Shown: positions 43,335-51,832 of the stretch, one piece after another | Layout: the number at the start of each line of letters is the position of its first letter | Numbering within the stretch: position 1 is the first letter of the stretch | Origin: an uncultured Fuscovulum sp. | GTDB taxonomy: Bacteria > Pseudomonadota > Alphaproteobacteria > Rhodobacterales > Rhodobacteraceae | Reading direction: 5' to 3' | NCBI GenBank assembly: GCA_964386345.1 | Contig: CAYLSD010000019.1 | Span: 9,802-73,801, forward strand | Length of the DNA stretch: 64,000 nt | Program-made: the position numbers and the translations under genes | Notes under the pieces: generated by a model | The model's database searches: none | What the model saw: only the letters and a program-made list of their open reading frames with translations | What the model was told of the DNA's origin: nothing

Positions 43335-45386
43335 TCAGATGTCCTTCATCAGCCGCAGCGCATCGTAGATCGCCGCATGGGTGTTGCGCGATTCCACCGC
43401 GTCGCCGATCCGGTAGAGGCGGAAGCCCTTCGGCCCGTCGCCCGCGGGTTGCGGCCTGCCGTCGATCAGCGCGTCGTAATCCACCGCGCCGAGGTTCTCG
43501 GACAGCGGCTTCAGCGCGAAGTAGAGATCGGCATTCGGCGCGGTGCCGTGGTTCACCACGATCTGGTCGTAGTGCTTTTCCTGCGCCAGATCGGCGATGT
43601 AGTCCGATCCGATCACGGCCTTCAGCCGGTTGCCGTCGCGCGCCACCGAGGTCAGCCGGTAGGTGACGGTGAAGGTGACGGATTTCCCTTGCAGGCTGCG
43701 CATATAGGGGACGAGGTTCATCCCCATCACCTCGGGCGCGAAGCTGCGGTCGGGGGTCATCACCTCGACCGTGGCGCCCGCGGCGGCCAGCGCATCGGCG
43801 GTCTGCATCGCGGTATGGTCGCCCGCATCGTCGTAAAGCAGCACATTCGCCCCCGGCTTCACGTCGCCCGACAGGATGTCCCAGGCCTGCACGCAGAGAT
43901 CCTCGCCCGAAGCCAGCCCCACGGGCTGCGGCAACCCGCCGGTGGCGACGATCACCACATCTGGGGAAAGTGACGTTATGTCAGAGGTTTCCGCCCAAGT
44001 ATTGAAGTGAAATGTCACGCCCTTGGCCGTGCATTGCTCCATCCGCCAGTCGACGATGCCGATCATCTCGGACCGCCGCTTCTGCTGCGCGGTCAGCAGC
44101 ACCTGCCCCCCGGCGCGCGGCCCGGCCTCGAAGACCGTTACCCTGTGCCCGCGCTCGGCAGCGACCCGCGCGGCCTCAAGCCCCGCAGGACCGGCGCCGA
44201 CGATCACGACATTCTTCGGTGCCGCAGCGGCGGGAATGTCATGCGGCATCGTCTCTTCCCGCCCCGTCGCCGGGTTGTGGATGCACAGCGCCATGCCGCC
44301 CTGGTAGATCCGGTCGAGGCAATAGGTCGCGCCGACGCAGGGGCGGATGTCATGCTCGCGTCCCTCCACGATCTTGCGCACCACATGCGGGTCGGCCATA
44401 TGCGCCCGCGTCATCCCCACCATGTCGACCAGCCCCGCCGAGACGGCATGGCGCGCCGTCGCCACATCGGGGATGCGGGCGGCGTGGAAGGTGGGCAGGC
44501 CGACCTCGGCCCTGATCCGCCCGGCAAGGTCCAGATGCGGGGCCGATCGCATGCCCTGCACCGGGATCACATCGGTCAGCGCGGCATCGGTGTGGATGCG
44601 GCCGCGGATGATGTTGACGAAATCGACCAGTCCCGAATCCTTGAACCGCCGCGCCATCTCGACGCCCTCCTCGGCGGGGATACCGCCGGGGCTGTCCTCG
44701 TCGGCGGTGTAGCGCAGGCCCAGGAGGACCTTCGGCCCCACCCGCTCGCGGCAGGCTTGCAGCACCTCGAAGGCGAAGCGCAGGCGGTTGTCGAGGCTGC
44801 TTCCGTCATAGGGGCCGCCCTCCAGCGCATTGGTCAGCGGGCTGATGAACTGGTCCATCAGATGGCCGTAGCATTCGAATTCGACGCCATCGACACCCGC
44901 CGCCGCCATCCGTTCGGCGGCATCGGCATAGTCCTTGACGATGCGCGAGATGTCCCAGTCCTCGATCACCTTGGGGAAGGCGCGGTGGCTGGGTTCGCGG
45001 ACCGGGCCGGGGGCGACCACGGGCAGCCAGTCGCCCTTGTCCCAGCGGGTGCGGCGGCCAAGGTGGGAAAGCTGGATCATCACCGCCGCGCCCGCCTCGT
45101 GGCAGTCGTCGGTCAGCCGCTTCATCCAGGGCACGATCTCGTCCTTCCAGACCAGCAGGTTGGAAAATACCGGCGGGCTGTCGCGGCTGACCGATGCGGA
45201 ACCGGCCGTCATCACCATGGCCACCCCGGCCTTCGCACGCTCCAGATGGTAAAGCCGGTAGCGGTCCTTCGGCATCCCGTCCTCGCCATAGGCGGGTTCG
45301 TGGCTGGTGGTCATGATGCGGTTGCGCAGGGTCAGGTGATGCAGCTGGTAGGGTTGCAGCAGCGGATCGTTCGAGGGTCTGGACAT
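43335..45386 (-). CDS. stcD: NADH:flavin oxidoreductase, N-methylproline demethylase (StcD/HpbA)-like
   Basis: NDPLLQPYQL..LTLRNRI, HEPAY.EDGMPK, SRDSPPVF, LGRRTRWDKGDWLP, CVGATYCLDRIYQGG, RNTHAAIYDALRL. Confidence 0.82.
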   Translation of the reverse strand: MSRPSNDPLLQPYQLHHLTLRNRIMTTSHEPAYGEDGMPKDRYRLYHLERAKAGVAMVMTAGSASVSRDSPPVFSNLLVWKDEIVPWMKRLTDDCHEAGAAVMIQLSHLGRRTRWDKGDWLPVVAPGPVREPSHRAFPKVIEDWDISRIVKDYADAAERMAAAGVDGVEFECYGHLMDQFISPLTNALEGGPYDGSSLDNRLRFAFEVLQACRERVGPKVLLGLRYTADEDSPGGIPAEEGVEMARRFKDSGLVDFVNIIRGRIHTDAALTDVIPVQGMRSAPHLDLAGRIRAEVGLPTFHAARIPDVATARHAVSAGLVDMVGMTRAHMADPHVVRKIVEGREHDIRPCVGATYCLDRIYQGGMALCIHNPATGREETMPHDIPAAAAPKNVVIVGAGPAGLEAARVAAERGHRVTVFEAGPRAGGQVLLTAQQKRRSEMIGIVDWRMEQCTAKGVTFHFNTWAETSDITSLSPDVVIVATGGLPQPVGLASGEDLCVQAWDILSGDVKPGANVLLYDDAGDHTAMQTADALAAAGATVEVMTPDRSFAPEVMGMNLVPYMRSLQGKSVTFTVTYRLTSVARDGNRLKAVIGSDYIADLAQEKHYDQIVVNHGTAPNADLYFALKPLSENLGAVDYDALIDGRPQPAGDGPKGFRLYRIGDAVESRNTHAAIYDALRLMKDI

Positions 45387-45448
45387 GGCAAGCGGCCTTT
45401 TCACGGGTGGCTGGCGGCATCGTCGGGCAGGGCGCGGATTTCGTCAAA

Positions 45449-45478
45449 CACAAAATCGACACTGGTGTCGATTTTGTG
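45449..45478. promoter_or_regulatory. Candidate TetR operator in divergent stcD/tetR promoter
   Basis: CACAAAATCGACAC-TG-GTGTCGATTTTGTG, perfect 14-bp arms. Confidence 0.75.
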
Positions 45479-45523
45479 GGCTGTCTGGTTGCGGCGGGCG
45501 GGCAGGGGGCTTACCCTTGCCGC

Positions 45524-46162
45524 ATGGAAAGCACGGCGGAAGAGGCGGAGACGAAGGATCGCGGCTGGCGCGGCTCGGCCGCGCTGTGGCTGGACGGGGC
45601 CCATGCGCTGTTGATCGAAGGCGGCGTGGAGGCGGTGAAGATCGGCCCGCTGGCCGCCCGGCTCGGCCTGTCGCGGACCTCGTTCTACTGGCATTTCGCC
45701 GACCGCGAGGCGCTTCTGGCCGCGCTGGTCGCCCGCTGGCGCGAGACGAACACGCCCGCGCTGGTGGCACGGATCGACCGGCCCGCGGCGACGGTGACCG
45801 AGGCGGTTCTGGCGCTTTTCGACGCCTGGGTGGATGCGGACATGTTCGATTCGGCGGCGGAATTCGCCATGCGGACCTGGGCGCTGACCGATCCCGTGGT
45901 GGCCGCCGCGCTGGCCGGAGAGGATGAGGCGCGGATCGCCGCGCTGACCGGCCTTTTCCTGCGCCACGGCTATGCGGCGGATGAGGCGGACACCCGGGCG
46001 CGTACGGTCTATCTGACCCAGGTCGGCTATATCGCGCTGCGGTCGGAAGAGGATTTCGCGGCGCGGATGGCGCGGATCCCCTCCTATGCGCTGGTCTTCA
46101 CCGGGGTTGCCCCTTCGGCGGCGGAGGTGGCGGCCTTCCGGGCGCGCCACGCCCTTACGTAA
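45524..46162 (+). CDS. TetR/AcrR family regulator
   Basis: GGVEAVKI..LA.RLGLSRTSFYWHF helix-turn-helix. Confidence 0.9.
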   Translation: MESTAEEAETKDRGWRGSAALWLDGAHALLIEGGVEAVKIGPLAARLGLSRTSFYWHFADREALLAALVARWRETNTPALVARIDRPAATVTEAVLALFDAWVDADMFDSAAEFAMRTWALTDPVVAAALAGEDEARIAALTGLFLRHGYAADEADTRARTVYLTQVGYIALRSEEDFAARMARIPSYALVFTGVAPSAAEVAAFRARHALT

Positions 46163-46571
46163 GACGCGCCAGCAGCCGGGCCAGAAGCGCGGCCTCCGCC
46201 TCGTCCAGCGGTTCCAGCGTCAGGGCGCTGATCTCCAGCGCCAGCGGCGCCAGCCGGGCGAACAGCGCCCGGCCTTCGGGTGTCAGCGCCACGATCCGCC
46301 GGCGGCGGTCGGCCGGGTCCGGCGTGGCGGCGACAAGCCCCTGCCGCACCAGCCGGTCGACCACGCCCTTGACCGTGACCGCATCCATCGCGGTTTCCCG
46401 GCCGAGCGCGTTCTGCGACTGCGGCCCCAGTTCGGCCAGCCGGGCCAGCAGGGCGAATTGCGTGGTGGTCACGTCCGGGATGCCGCGGGCAAAGATCGCC
46501 AGATGCCGCTGCGTCACCCGGCGCAGCAGAAAGCCGATCTGCTCGTCCAGCACATAGCCCGTATGGTCCAT
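46155..46571 (-). CDS. MarR family regulator (NicR-like), divergent from the hydroxylase operon
   Basis: EQIGFLLRR..QRH, SQNALGRETAMD..TVKGVVDRL, DPADRRR...LTPEG. Confidence 0.9.
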   Translation of the reverse strand: MDHTGYVLDEQIGFLLRRVTQRHLAIFARGIPDVTTTQFALLARLAELGPQSQNALGRETAMDAVTVKGVVDRLVRQGLVAATPDPADRRRRIVALTPEGRALFARLAPLALEISALTLEPLDEAEAALLARLLARLT

Positions 46572-46592
46572 GCGCCCGAATAGACCCTACGC
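46559..46592. repeat. Repeat family A doublet overlapping the marR start codon
   Basis: CCGTATGG-T-CCATGCGC + CCGAATAG-A-CCCTACGC; 29/34 identical to 23822-23855. Confidence 0.7.
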
Positions 46593-46647
46593 TTTCCGTC
46601 CGCGCAAGGGACGGCTGTTGACAGCCGGGGCCGAGGCTTGGCACCTT

Positions 46648-46661
46648 GTTCGTATACGAAC
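46648..46661. promoter_or_regulatory. Candidate MarR operator
   Basis: Perfect palindrome GTTCGTATACGAAC 15 bp before the hydroxylase ATG; second palindrome GGCTGT-TG-ACAGCC (46613-46626) contains TTGACA. Confidence 0.6.
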
Positions 46662-46676
46662 GACAGGGCTAAGCGG

Positions 46677-47495
46677 ATGGATTACCTTCGCCCCGACAGC
46701 CTTTCCCAGGCGCTGGCCGCAGTTGCGGGCGGGGCGCGGGTGCTGGCGGGCGGGACGGATCTCTACCCCGGGGCGGGGCCGCGGCTGAAAGGGCCGGTGG
46801 TGGATCTTGCCGCCCTGCCGGGGATGGCGGGGATAAAGGCGGGGCCGGATGGCCTGCGGATCGGCGCCTGCACCACCTGGACCGCGATTGCCGAGGCAGA
46901 CCTGCCCCCCGCCGCGCGGGCGCTGCAACAGGCGGCGCTTCAGGTCGGCGGGCGGCAGGTGCAGAACGCGGGCACCATCGCCGGGAATATCTGCAACGCC
47001 TCGCCCGCCGCCGACGGCGTGCCGCCGCTTCTGGCCATAGGGGCCGGGGTGGAACTGGCCTCTGCCGCCGGGACGCGGCGGCTGGCGCTGGAGGATTTCC
47101 TGCAAGGCCCGCGCCGGGTGGAGCTACGGCCCGGCGAACTGGTCTCGGCGGTGCTGCTGCCGCGGGCGGGGCTGGCCGGGCGCTCGGCCTTCGCGAAACT
47201 GGGCGCGCGGGCGCATCTGGTGATCTCCATCGCCTCGGCCGCCGTGCGGCTGGAGGTCTCGGGCAGGCGGATCGAGGCGGCTGCGGTGGCGGTCGGCGCC
47301 TGCTCTCCGGTCCCGCGGCGGCTGCCTGCGGTGGAGGCGGCGCTTTGCGGCCCGATGCAGGGGGCCGCAGCCCGGGTCGATCCGGCGGCGGTGGCGGCGG
47401 CCCTGTCGCCCATCGGCGATGTGCGGGCGACGGCGGATTACCGGCTGCGGGCAGCGGCGGAACTGGTCCGCCGGGCGGTGGAGGACGCGCTGTGA
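46677..47495 (+). CDS. Molybdenum hydroxylase FAD subunit (XdhA/CoxM/NdhF-like)
   Basis: LAGGTDL, QVQNAGTIAGNICNASPAAD, DVRATADYR. Confidence 0.92.
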   Translation: MDYLRPDSLSQALAAVAGGARVLAGGTDLYPGAGPRLKGPVVDLAALPGMAGIKAGPDGLRIGACTTWTAIAEADLPPAARALQQAALQVGGRQVQNAGTIAGNICNASPAADGVPPLLAIGAGVELASAAGTRRLALEDFLQGPRRVELRPGELVSAVLLPRAGLAGRSAFAKLGARAHLVISIASAAVRLEVSGRRIEAAAVAVGACSPVPRRLPAVEAALCGPMQGAAARVDPAAVAAALSPIGDVRATADYRLRAAAELVRRAVEDAL

Positions 47496-50179
47496 TCCGG
47501 TTCCGGCTGAACGGCGAGGAGGTCGCGGCGGAGGCCCCGCCCACCGAACGGTTGAGCCTTACCCTTCGGGAAAGGCTGGGGAAAACCGGCACCAAGGTCG
47601 GCTGCGACGCGGGCGATTGCGGCGCCTGCACGGTGCTGGTGGACGGCTGGGCCACCTGCGCCTGCCTGACCCCGGCGGCGCGGGTCGAGGGCCGCGAGGT
47701 CACCACGGTTGAGGCGGAAACCCCCATCCTTGGCCGCCTGCGCGCCGCCTTCCTGGCCGAGGGCGCGGCGCAATGCGGCATCTGCACGCCGGGGATGCTG
47801 ATGGCGGCGGCCGAGCTTCTGGCGCATACACCCCGGCCGGACGAGGCCATGGTGCGGCAGGCCCTTGGGGGCGTCCTCTGCCGCTGCACCGGCTATGCGC
47901 GGATCGTCGCGGCGGTGGTCTCGGCGGGCCGGCCTGCGGCGGCGCATCCCGCCGCACCCGCCGCAGGGCAGGCGGTCGGCGCGGCCATGCCGCGGCTGGA
48001 CGGGGCGGCGAAGGTGGCGGGCGATCTGTTCGGCGACGATGTGGTGCCCCCCGGCGCGCTGGTGGTACGGGCCGTCCGCTCGCCGCATCCCCATGCCGCC
48101 TTCCGCTTCGGCGACCTGGCCGCCTATGCCGCCCGCCCGGGCGTGGCCGGGGTCTTCACCGCCGGGGACATTCCCGGCCGCAACGCCTTTTCCGTCATCC
48201 CGCCCTTCGCCGACCAGCCCGCCATCGCCACCTCTCCGGCCCGGTTCCGCGGCGAATGCGTGGCGCTGGTGGCGTTCGAGCCCGAGGCGGATTCCGGCCT
48301 GGCCGATTTCCCGGTGGACTGGCAGCCCTTGCCCGCGCTGGACAGCCCGGAGGCGGCCGAGGCCCCCGGCGCGGCGCTTGTCCACCCGGGCCGCCCCGGC
48401 AACCTGCTGATCGAGGGCAGGGTGAGGCGCGGCGACGTGGCGGCGGCGCTGGCCGCCTCGGCCCATGTGGTGGAGGGCAGCTTCACCACCGCCTTCGTCG
48501 AGCACGCCTATATCGAACCCGAGGCAGGCGCCGCATGGCTTGAGGGCGACAGGCTGGTCATCCGCGCCTGCACCCAGGCCCCCGGCATGGACCGCGAGGA
48601 AACCGCCGCGATCCTCGGCCTGCCGCTGGACAGGCTGCGCATCATCCCCTCTGCCGTCGGCGGCGGTTTCGGCTCGAAGCTGGATGTCTCCTTGCAGCCG
48701 CTGATCGGGCTGGTCGCCCTGCGCACAGGCCGCCCGGCGCGGATGACTTATTCGCGCCCCGAAAGCATGGCCTCCACCACCAAGCGCCACCCGGCCGGGA
48801 TGCAGGGCCGGATCGGTTGCGACGCCCGGGGCCGGATCACCGGCATGGAGTTCGAGGGCAGCTTCGACACCGGCGCCTATTCCAGCTGGGGCCCGACGGT
48901 GGCGAACCGGGTGCCGGTGCATGTCTCCGGCCCCTATCTGACGCCCGCGATCCATGCCCGGGCGCGGGCGGTGCACACCAACGGCCCGGTCTCCGGCGCC
49001 TTCCGCGGCTTCGGCGTGCCGCAGGCGGCGCTGTGGCAGGAAACGCTTTACGACCGGCTGGCGGAGAAGGCCGGGATCGACCGGCTGGAGTTCCGTATCC
49101 TGAACGCGCTGCGCGACGGGGATGTCTCGCCCACCGGCAACAGCCTGCAGGCGGTGGGGATCGCGCCGTGCCTTGAAGCGCTGCGGCCCGCATGGATGCG
49201 CGCGCTGGACTGGGCGGCTTCGGCCAGGGGCCGCGGCATCGGCGTCGCCTCCTGCTGGTATGGCTGCGGCAATACCGCCTTGCCCAACCCTTCCACCATC
49301 CGCATCGGCATCACCCGCGGGGGAGAGGCCGTATTGCATCAGGGCGCGACCGATATCGGGCAGGGATCGAACACCGTCATCCCGCAGATCGCCGCCGATG
49401 CCCTTGGCGTGCCGGTCCATGCCCTGCGGCTGGTCGGCCCCGACACGGCGCTGACGCCGGATGCGGGCAAGACCTCGGCCTCCCGCCAGACCTATGTCAC
49501 CGGCCGGGCGGCGCAGAAGGCGGCGGGCAGTTTGCGGGCGGCGATCCTGCGTATGGCCAATGCGGGCGAAGGGTCCATACTGGCACTGTCCCCGGGCCGG
49601 ATCACCGTGACCGAAGGGACCATACGGCGCGAGATCGAGCTTGAGGCGATGCCCCCCGACAGCCGCGGCTATGCGCTGTCGGCCGAGGAAAGCTACGACC
49701 CGCCGACCCGGCCGCTGGATGCCGACGGGCAGGGCGTGCCCTATGCCGTCTATGGCTACGGCGCGCAGATGGTGGAACTGGAGGTGGACCCGGCCCTCGG
49801 CACCGTCCGCCTGCACCGGATCACCGCGGCGCATGACCTCGGCCGGGTGATCAACCCGCTGCTCGCCCGCGGCCAGATCGAGGGCGGCATCGCCCAGGGA
49901 CTCGGCATGGCGCTGATGGAGGAATACCTGCCTGGCCGCACCGACAACCTGCACGACTACCTGATCCCGACCACCGGCGACATGCCGGCCATCGACCCGA
50001 TCCTGATCGAGGTGCCGGACCCCGAAGGCCCTTTCGGCGCCAAGGGCCTCGGCGAACACGTCCTGATCCCCACCGCCCCGGCGATCCTGAACGCCATCCG
50101 CCACGCTACCGGAGCCGCGATCACCCGCACCCCCGCGCTGCCCCACCGCATCCTCGCGGCGATGGAGGGCAGGGAATGA
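47492..50179 (+). CDS. Molybdenum hydroxylase, fused 2x[2Fe-2S] + molybdopterin subunit (nicotinate/xanthine dehydrogenase family)
   Basis: KVGCDAGDCGAC, QCGICTPG, LCRCTGY, VGGGFGSK, GAFRGFG, AKGLGE; GTGA overlap. Confidence 0.93.
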   Translation: MIRFRLNGEEVAAEAPPTERLSLTLRERLGKTGTKVGCDAGDCGACTVLVDGWATCACLTPAARVEGREVTTVEAETPILGRLRAAFLAEGAAQCGICTPGMLMAAAELLAHTPRPDEAMVRQALGGVLCRCTGYARIVAAVVSAGRPAAAHPAAPAAGQAVGAAMPRLDGAAKVAGDLFGDDVVPPGALVVRAVRSPHPHAAFRFGDLAAYAARPGVAGVFTAGDIPGRNAFSVIPPFADQPAIATSPARFRGECVALVAFEPEADSGLADFPVDWQPLPALDSPEAAEAPGAALVHPGRPGNLLIEGRVRRGDVAAALAASAHVVEGSFTTAFVEHAYIEPEAGAAWLEGDRLVIRACTQAPGMDREETAAILGLPLDRLRIIPSAVGGGFGSKLDVSLQPLIGLVALRTGRPARMTYSRPESMASTTKRHPAGMQGRIGCDARGRITGMEFEGSFDTGAYSSWGPTVANRVPVHVSGPYLTPAIHARARAVHTNGPVSGAFRGFGVPQAALWQETLYDRLAEKAGIDRLEFRILNALRDGDVSPTGNSLQAVGIAPCLEALRPAWMRALDWAASARGRGIGVASCWYGCGNTALPNPSTIRIGITRGGEAVLHQGATDIGQGSNTVIPQIAADALGVPVHALRLVGPDTALTPDAGKTSASRQTYVTGRAAQKAAGSLRAAILRMANAGEGSILALSPGRITVTEGTIRREIELEAMPPDSRGYALSAEESYDPPTRPLDADGQGVPYAVYGYGAQMVELEVDPALGTVRLHRITAAHDLGRVINPLLARGQIEGGIAQGLGMALMEEYLPGRTDNLHDYLIPTTGDMPAIDPILIEVPDPEGPFGAKGLGEHVLIPTAPAILNAIRHATGAAITRTPALPHRILAAMEGRE
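49549..49627. repeat. Repeat family A units inside the Mo subunit gene
   Basis: Units at 49549 and 49566 (17-bp register) and 49611 (CCGAAGGG-A-CCATACGG). Confidence 0.6.
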
Positions 50180-50190
50180 AAGGTTCTTTT

Positions 50191-50240
50191 CCCCTTCATC
50201 TTGGTCCAAATACTCCGGGGGCGCGGGGGCTGGCCCCCGC
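50191..50240 (+). repeat. Intergenic repeat family B, copy 2
   Basis: CCCCTTCATCTTGGTCCAAATACTCCGGGGGCGCGGGGGCTGGCCCCCGC. Confidence 0.8.
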
Positions 50241-50267
50241 TCCGACCTTGGCCGCAGGACTTGCCCC

Positions 50268-51704
50268 ATGACCGAAGCCCCCGAGAAGATCCGCTGCGAT
50301 GCCTGCCCGGTGATGTGCTACATCGCCCCCGGCCAGACCGGCGCCTGCGACCGTTATGCCAATGAGGCAGGCCGGATCGTGCGGACCGATCCGGTGGTGA
50401 TGCTGTCCCATGCCGTCGGGACCGGCGGGCGCGTGGTGCCCTTCGCGGCGCGGGATTGGGATGGCAGCCCGGTGCCCGCGGATGCTTTCGTCACCGGCAT
50501 CGGCGCGGGAACCACCTACCCGGACTACAAGCCCGCGCCCTTCATCGTGTCGTCCCGTATGGGCGATACGGACATGGTGACCGTGGTGACCGAGGCGATC
50601 TTTTCCTATTGCGGGGTGAAGGTGAAGATCGACACCGACCGCTTCCTCGGCCCCGAGGGGGCGGTGGTCCGGGTGACGGGCGAGGCCGTCGGCCATGTCA
50701 CCACCGCCGAATACGGCAGCCAGATGCTGTCCCTCGGCGGCGTCCATCACCTGACCGGCGGCTCGAAGGCCGGGGGCCGCGTCACCTGCGCCGCGCTGCT
50801 GAGCCTGTGCAACGGCGAGGCGGTGGAGATGGAGATCGAGGGCGGCTCGGCCGTGACCGTGCAGGCCGGACGGCCTCCGGTTGTGGATGGCGTGCAGGAG
50901 CGGCGGATGCGGGTCGGCTGCGGCTCGGCCACCATCGGCATGTTCGCGGTGCAATGGCAGGGGCTGGTGGACGAGGTGGTGGTGGTGGACGACCACATCA
51001 CCGGCGTCGTTTCGGAACATCAGGCCGGGAAGGTGCTGGACTGGCAGCCGACCGGGATCAGGATCAAGGGGCATCGGTCGACCCCGGGGCGGTATTTCCG
51101 GGTGTCGGAGCCCGGACAGGGCTGGGGCGGCACGCGGCTGACCGATCCGCTGGAGATCCTGGGCGACTGGCAGGAGAAGAAGGGGGCAAGGCCGGGGCTG
51201 CGGCTGCTGATGGTGTCCACCACCGGCGAGGAATACGCCTATTACGTGCTGGACCGGGACCTGCGCCCGGTGCCGCAGGAGTTGCCGCAGAACCTGAAGA
51301 AGACCGTGCAACTGATTGACGAGAATTGCGAACCCTCGCTTTGCACCGTGCTGTTCATGGGCGGGGCCGGGGGATCGCTGCGGGCGGGCGTCACCCGGAA
51401 TCCGGTGCGGTTGACAAGGTCCGTGCAGGGCGGCGTGACCCGGCTGACCTGCGGCGGGGCGGAAACCTTCGTCTGGCCCGGCGGCGGCATCACCTTCATG
51501 GTCGACGTGACCCGGCTGCCGAAGGGCGCCTTCGGTTATGTGCCGACGCCCGCGCTGGTGGCTCCGCTGGAATTCACCCTGCCGCGCGAGGATTATCTGG
51601 CGATGGGCGGGCATGAGGCGGCGGTCCGGGACATCGGGCAGGTGATGGAGGAAGGCGGGGAATACCCGACTGCCGCGAGGATCGAACCGTGGGGCGGGCG
51701 GTGA
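50268..51704 (+). CDS. hnr: 6-hydroxynicotinate reductase-like Fe-S flavoprotein
   Basis: RCDACPVMC...GACDRY, GAGTTYPDYKPAPFIVS, FSYCGVKVKIDTDR, MRVGCGSATIG, GGAGGSLRAGVT, WPGGGITFMVD; downstream of Mo-hydroxylase. Confidence 0.8.
   Translation: MTEAPEKIRCDACPVMCYIAPGQTGACDRYANEAGRIVRTDPVVMLSHAVGTGGRVVPFAARDWDGSPVPADAFVTGIGAGTTYPDYKPAPFIVSSRMGDTDMVTVVTEAIFSYCGVKVKIDTDRFLGPEGAVVRVTGEAVGHVTTAEYGSQMLSLGGVHHLTGGSKAGGRVTCAALLSLCNGEAVEMEIEGGSAVTVQAGRPPVVDGVQERRMRVGCGSATIGMFAVQWQGLVDEVVVVDDHITGVVSEHQAGKVLDWQPTGIRIKGHRSTPGRYFRVSEPGQGWGGTRLTDPLEILGDWQEKKGARPGLRLLMVSTTGEEYAYYVLDRDLRPVPQELPQNLKKTVQLIDENCEPSLCTVLFMGGAGGSLRAGVTRNPVRLTRSVQGGVTRLTCGGAETFVWPGGGITFMVDVTRLPKGAFGYVPTPALVAPLEFTLPREDYLAMGGHEAAVRDIGQVMEEGGEYPTAARIEPWGGR
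50555..50571. repeat. Repeat family A single unit inside hnr
   Basis: CCGTATGG-G-CGATACGG, 15/16 match to consensus. Confidence 0.6.
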
Positions 51705-51793
51705 GCGGCGCGTTCCATATCGCGCAGCCGCGCATCCGCGCGCGGCTGCAAGGGCCCGTCTCGCCTCTGGCCGTTCCGGCCAACCGGCTCGGG

Positions 51794-51830
51794 GCCTCCG
51801 GCGGGGATATTGGCGGTTCTGGAAGAGGGG
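51794..51830 (-). repeat. Intergenic repeat family B, degenerate copy 3
   Basis: GCCTCCGGCGGGGATATTGGCGGTTCTGGAAGAGGGG resembles the reverse complement of copy 1; preceded by a 10-bp-stem hairpin at 51724-51749. Confidence 0.45.
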
Positions 51831-51832
51831 CG

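Noticed and set aside
46155-46162. Palindromic TTACGTAA overlap of tetR and marR stop codons
   Set aside because: Simple consequence of two convergent TAA stops; no function implied.
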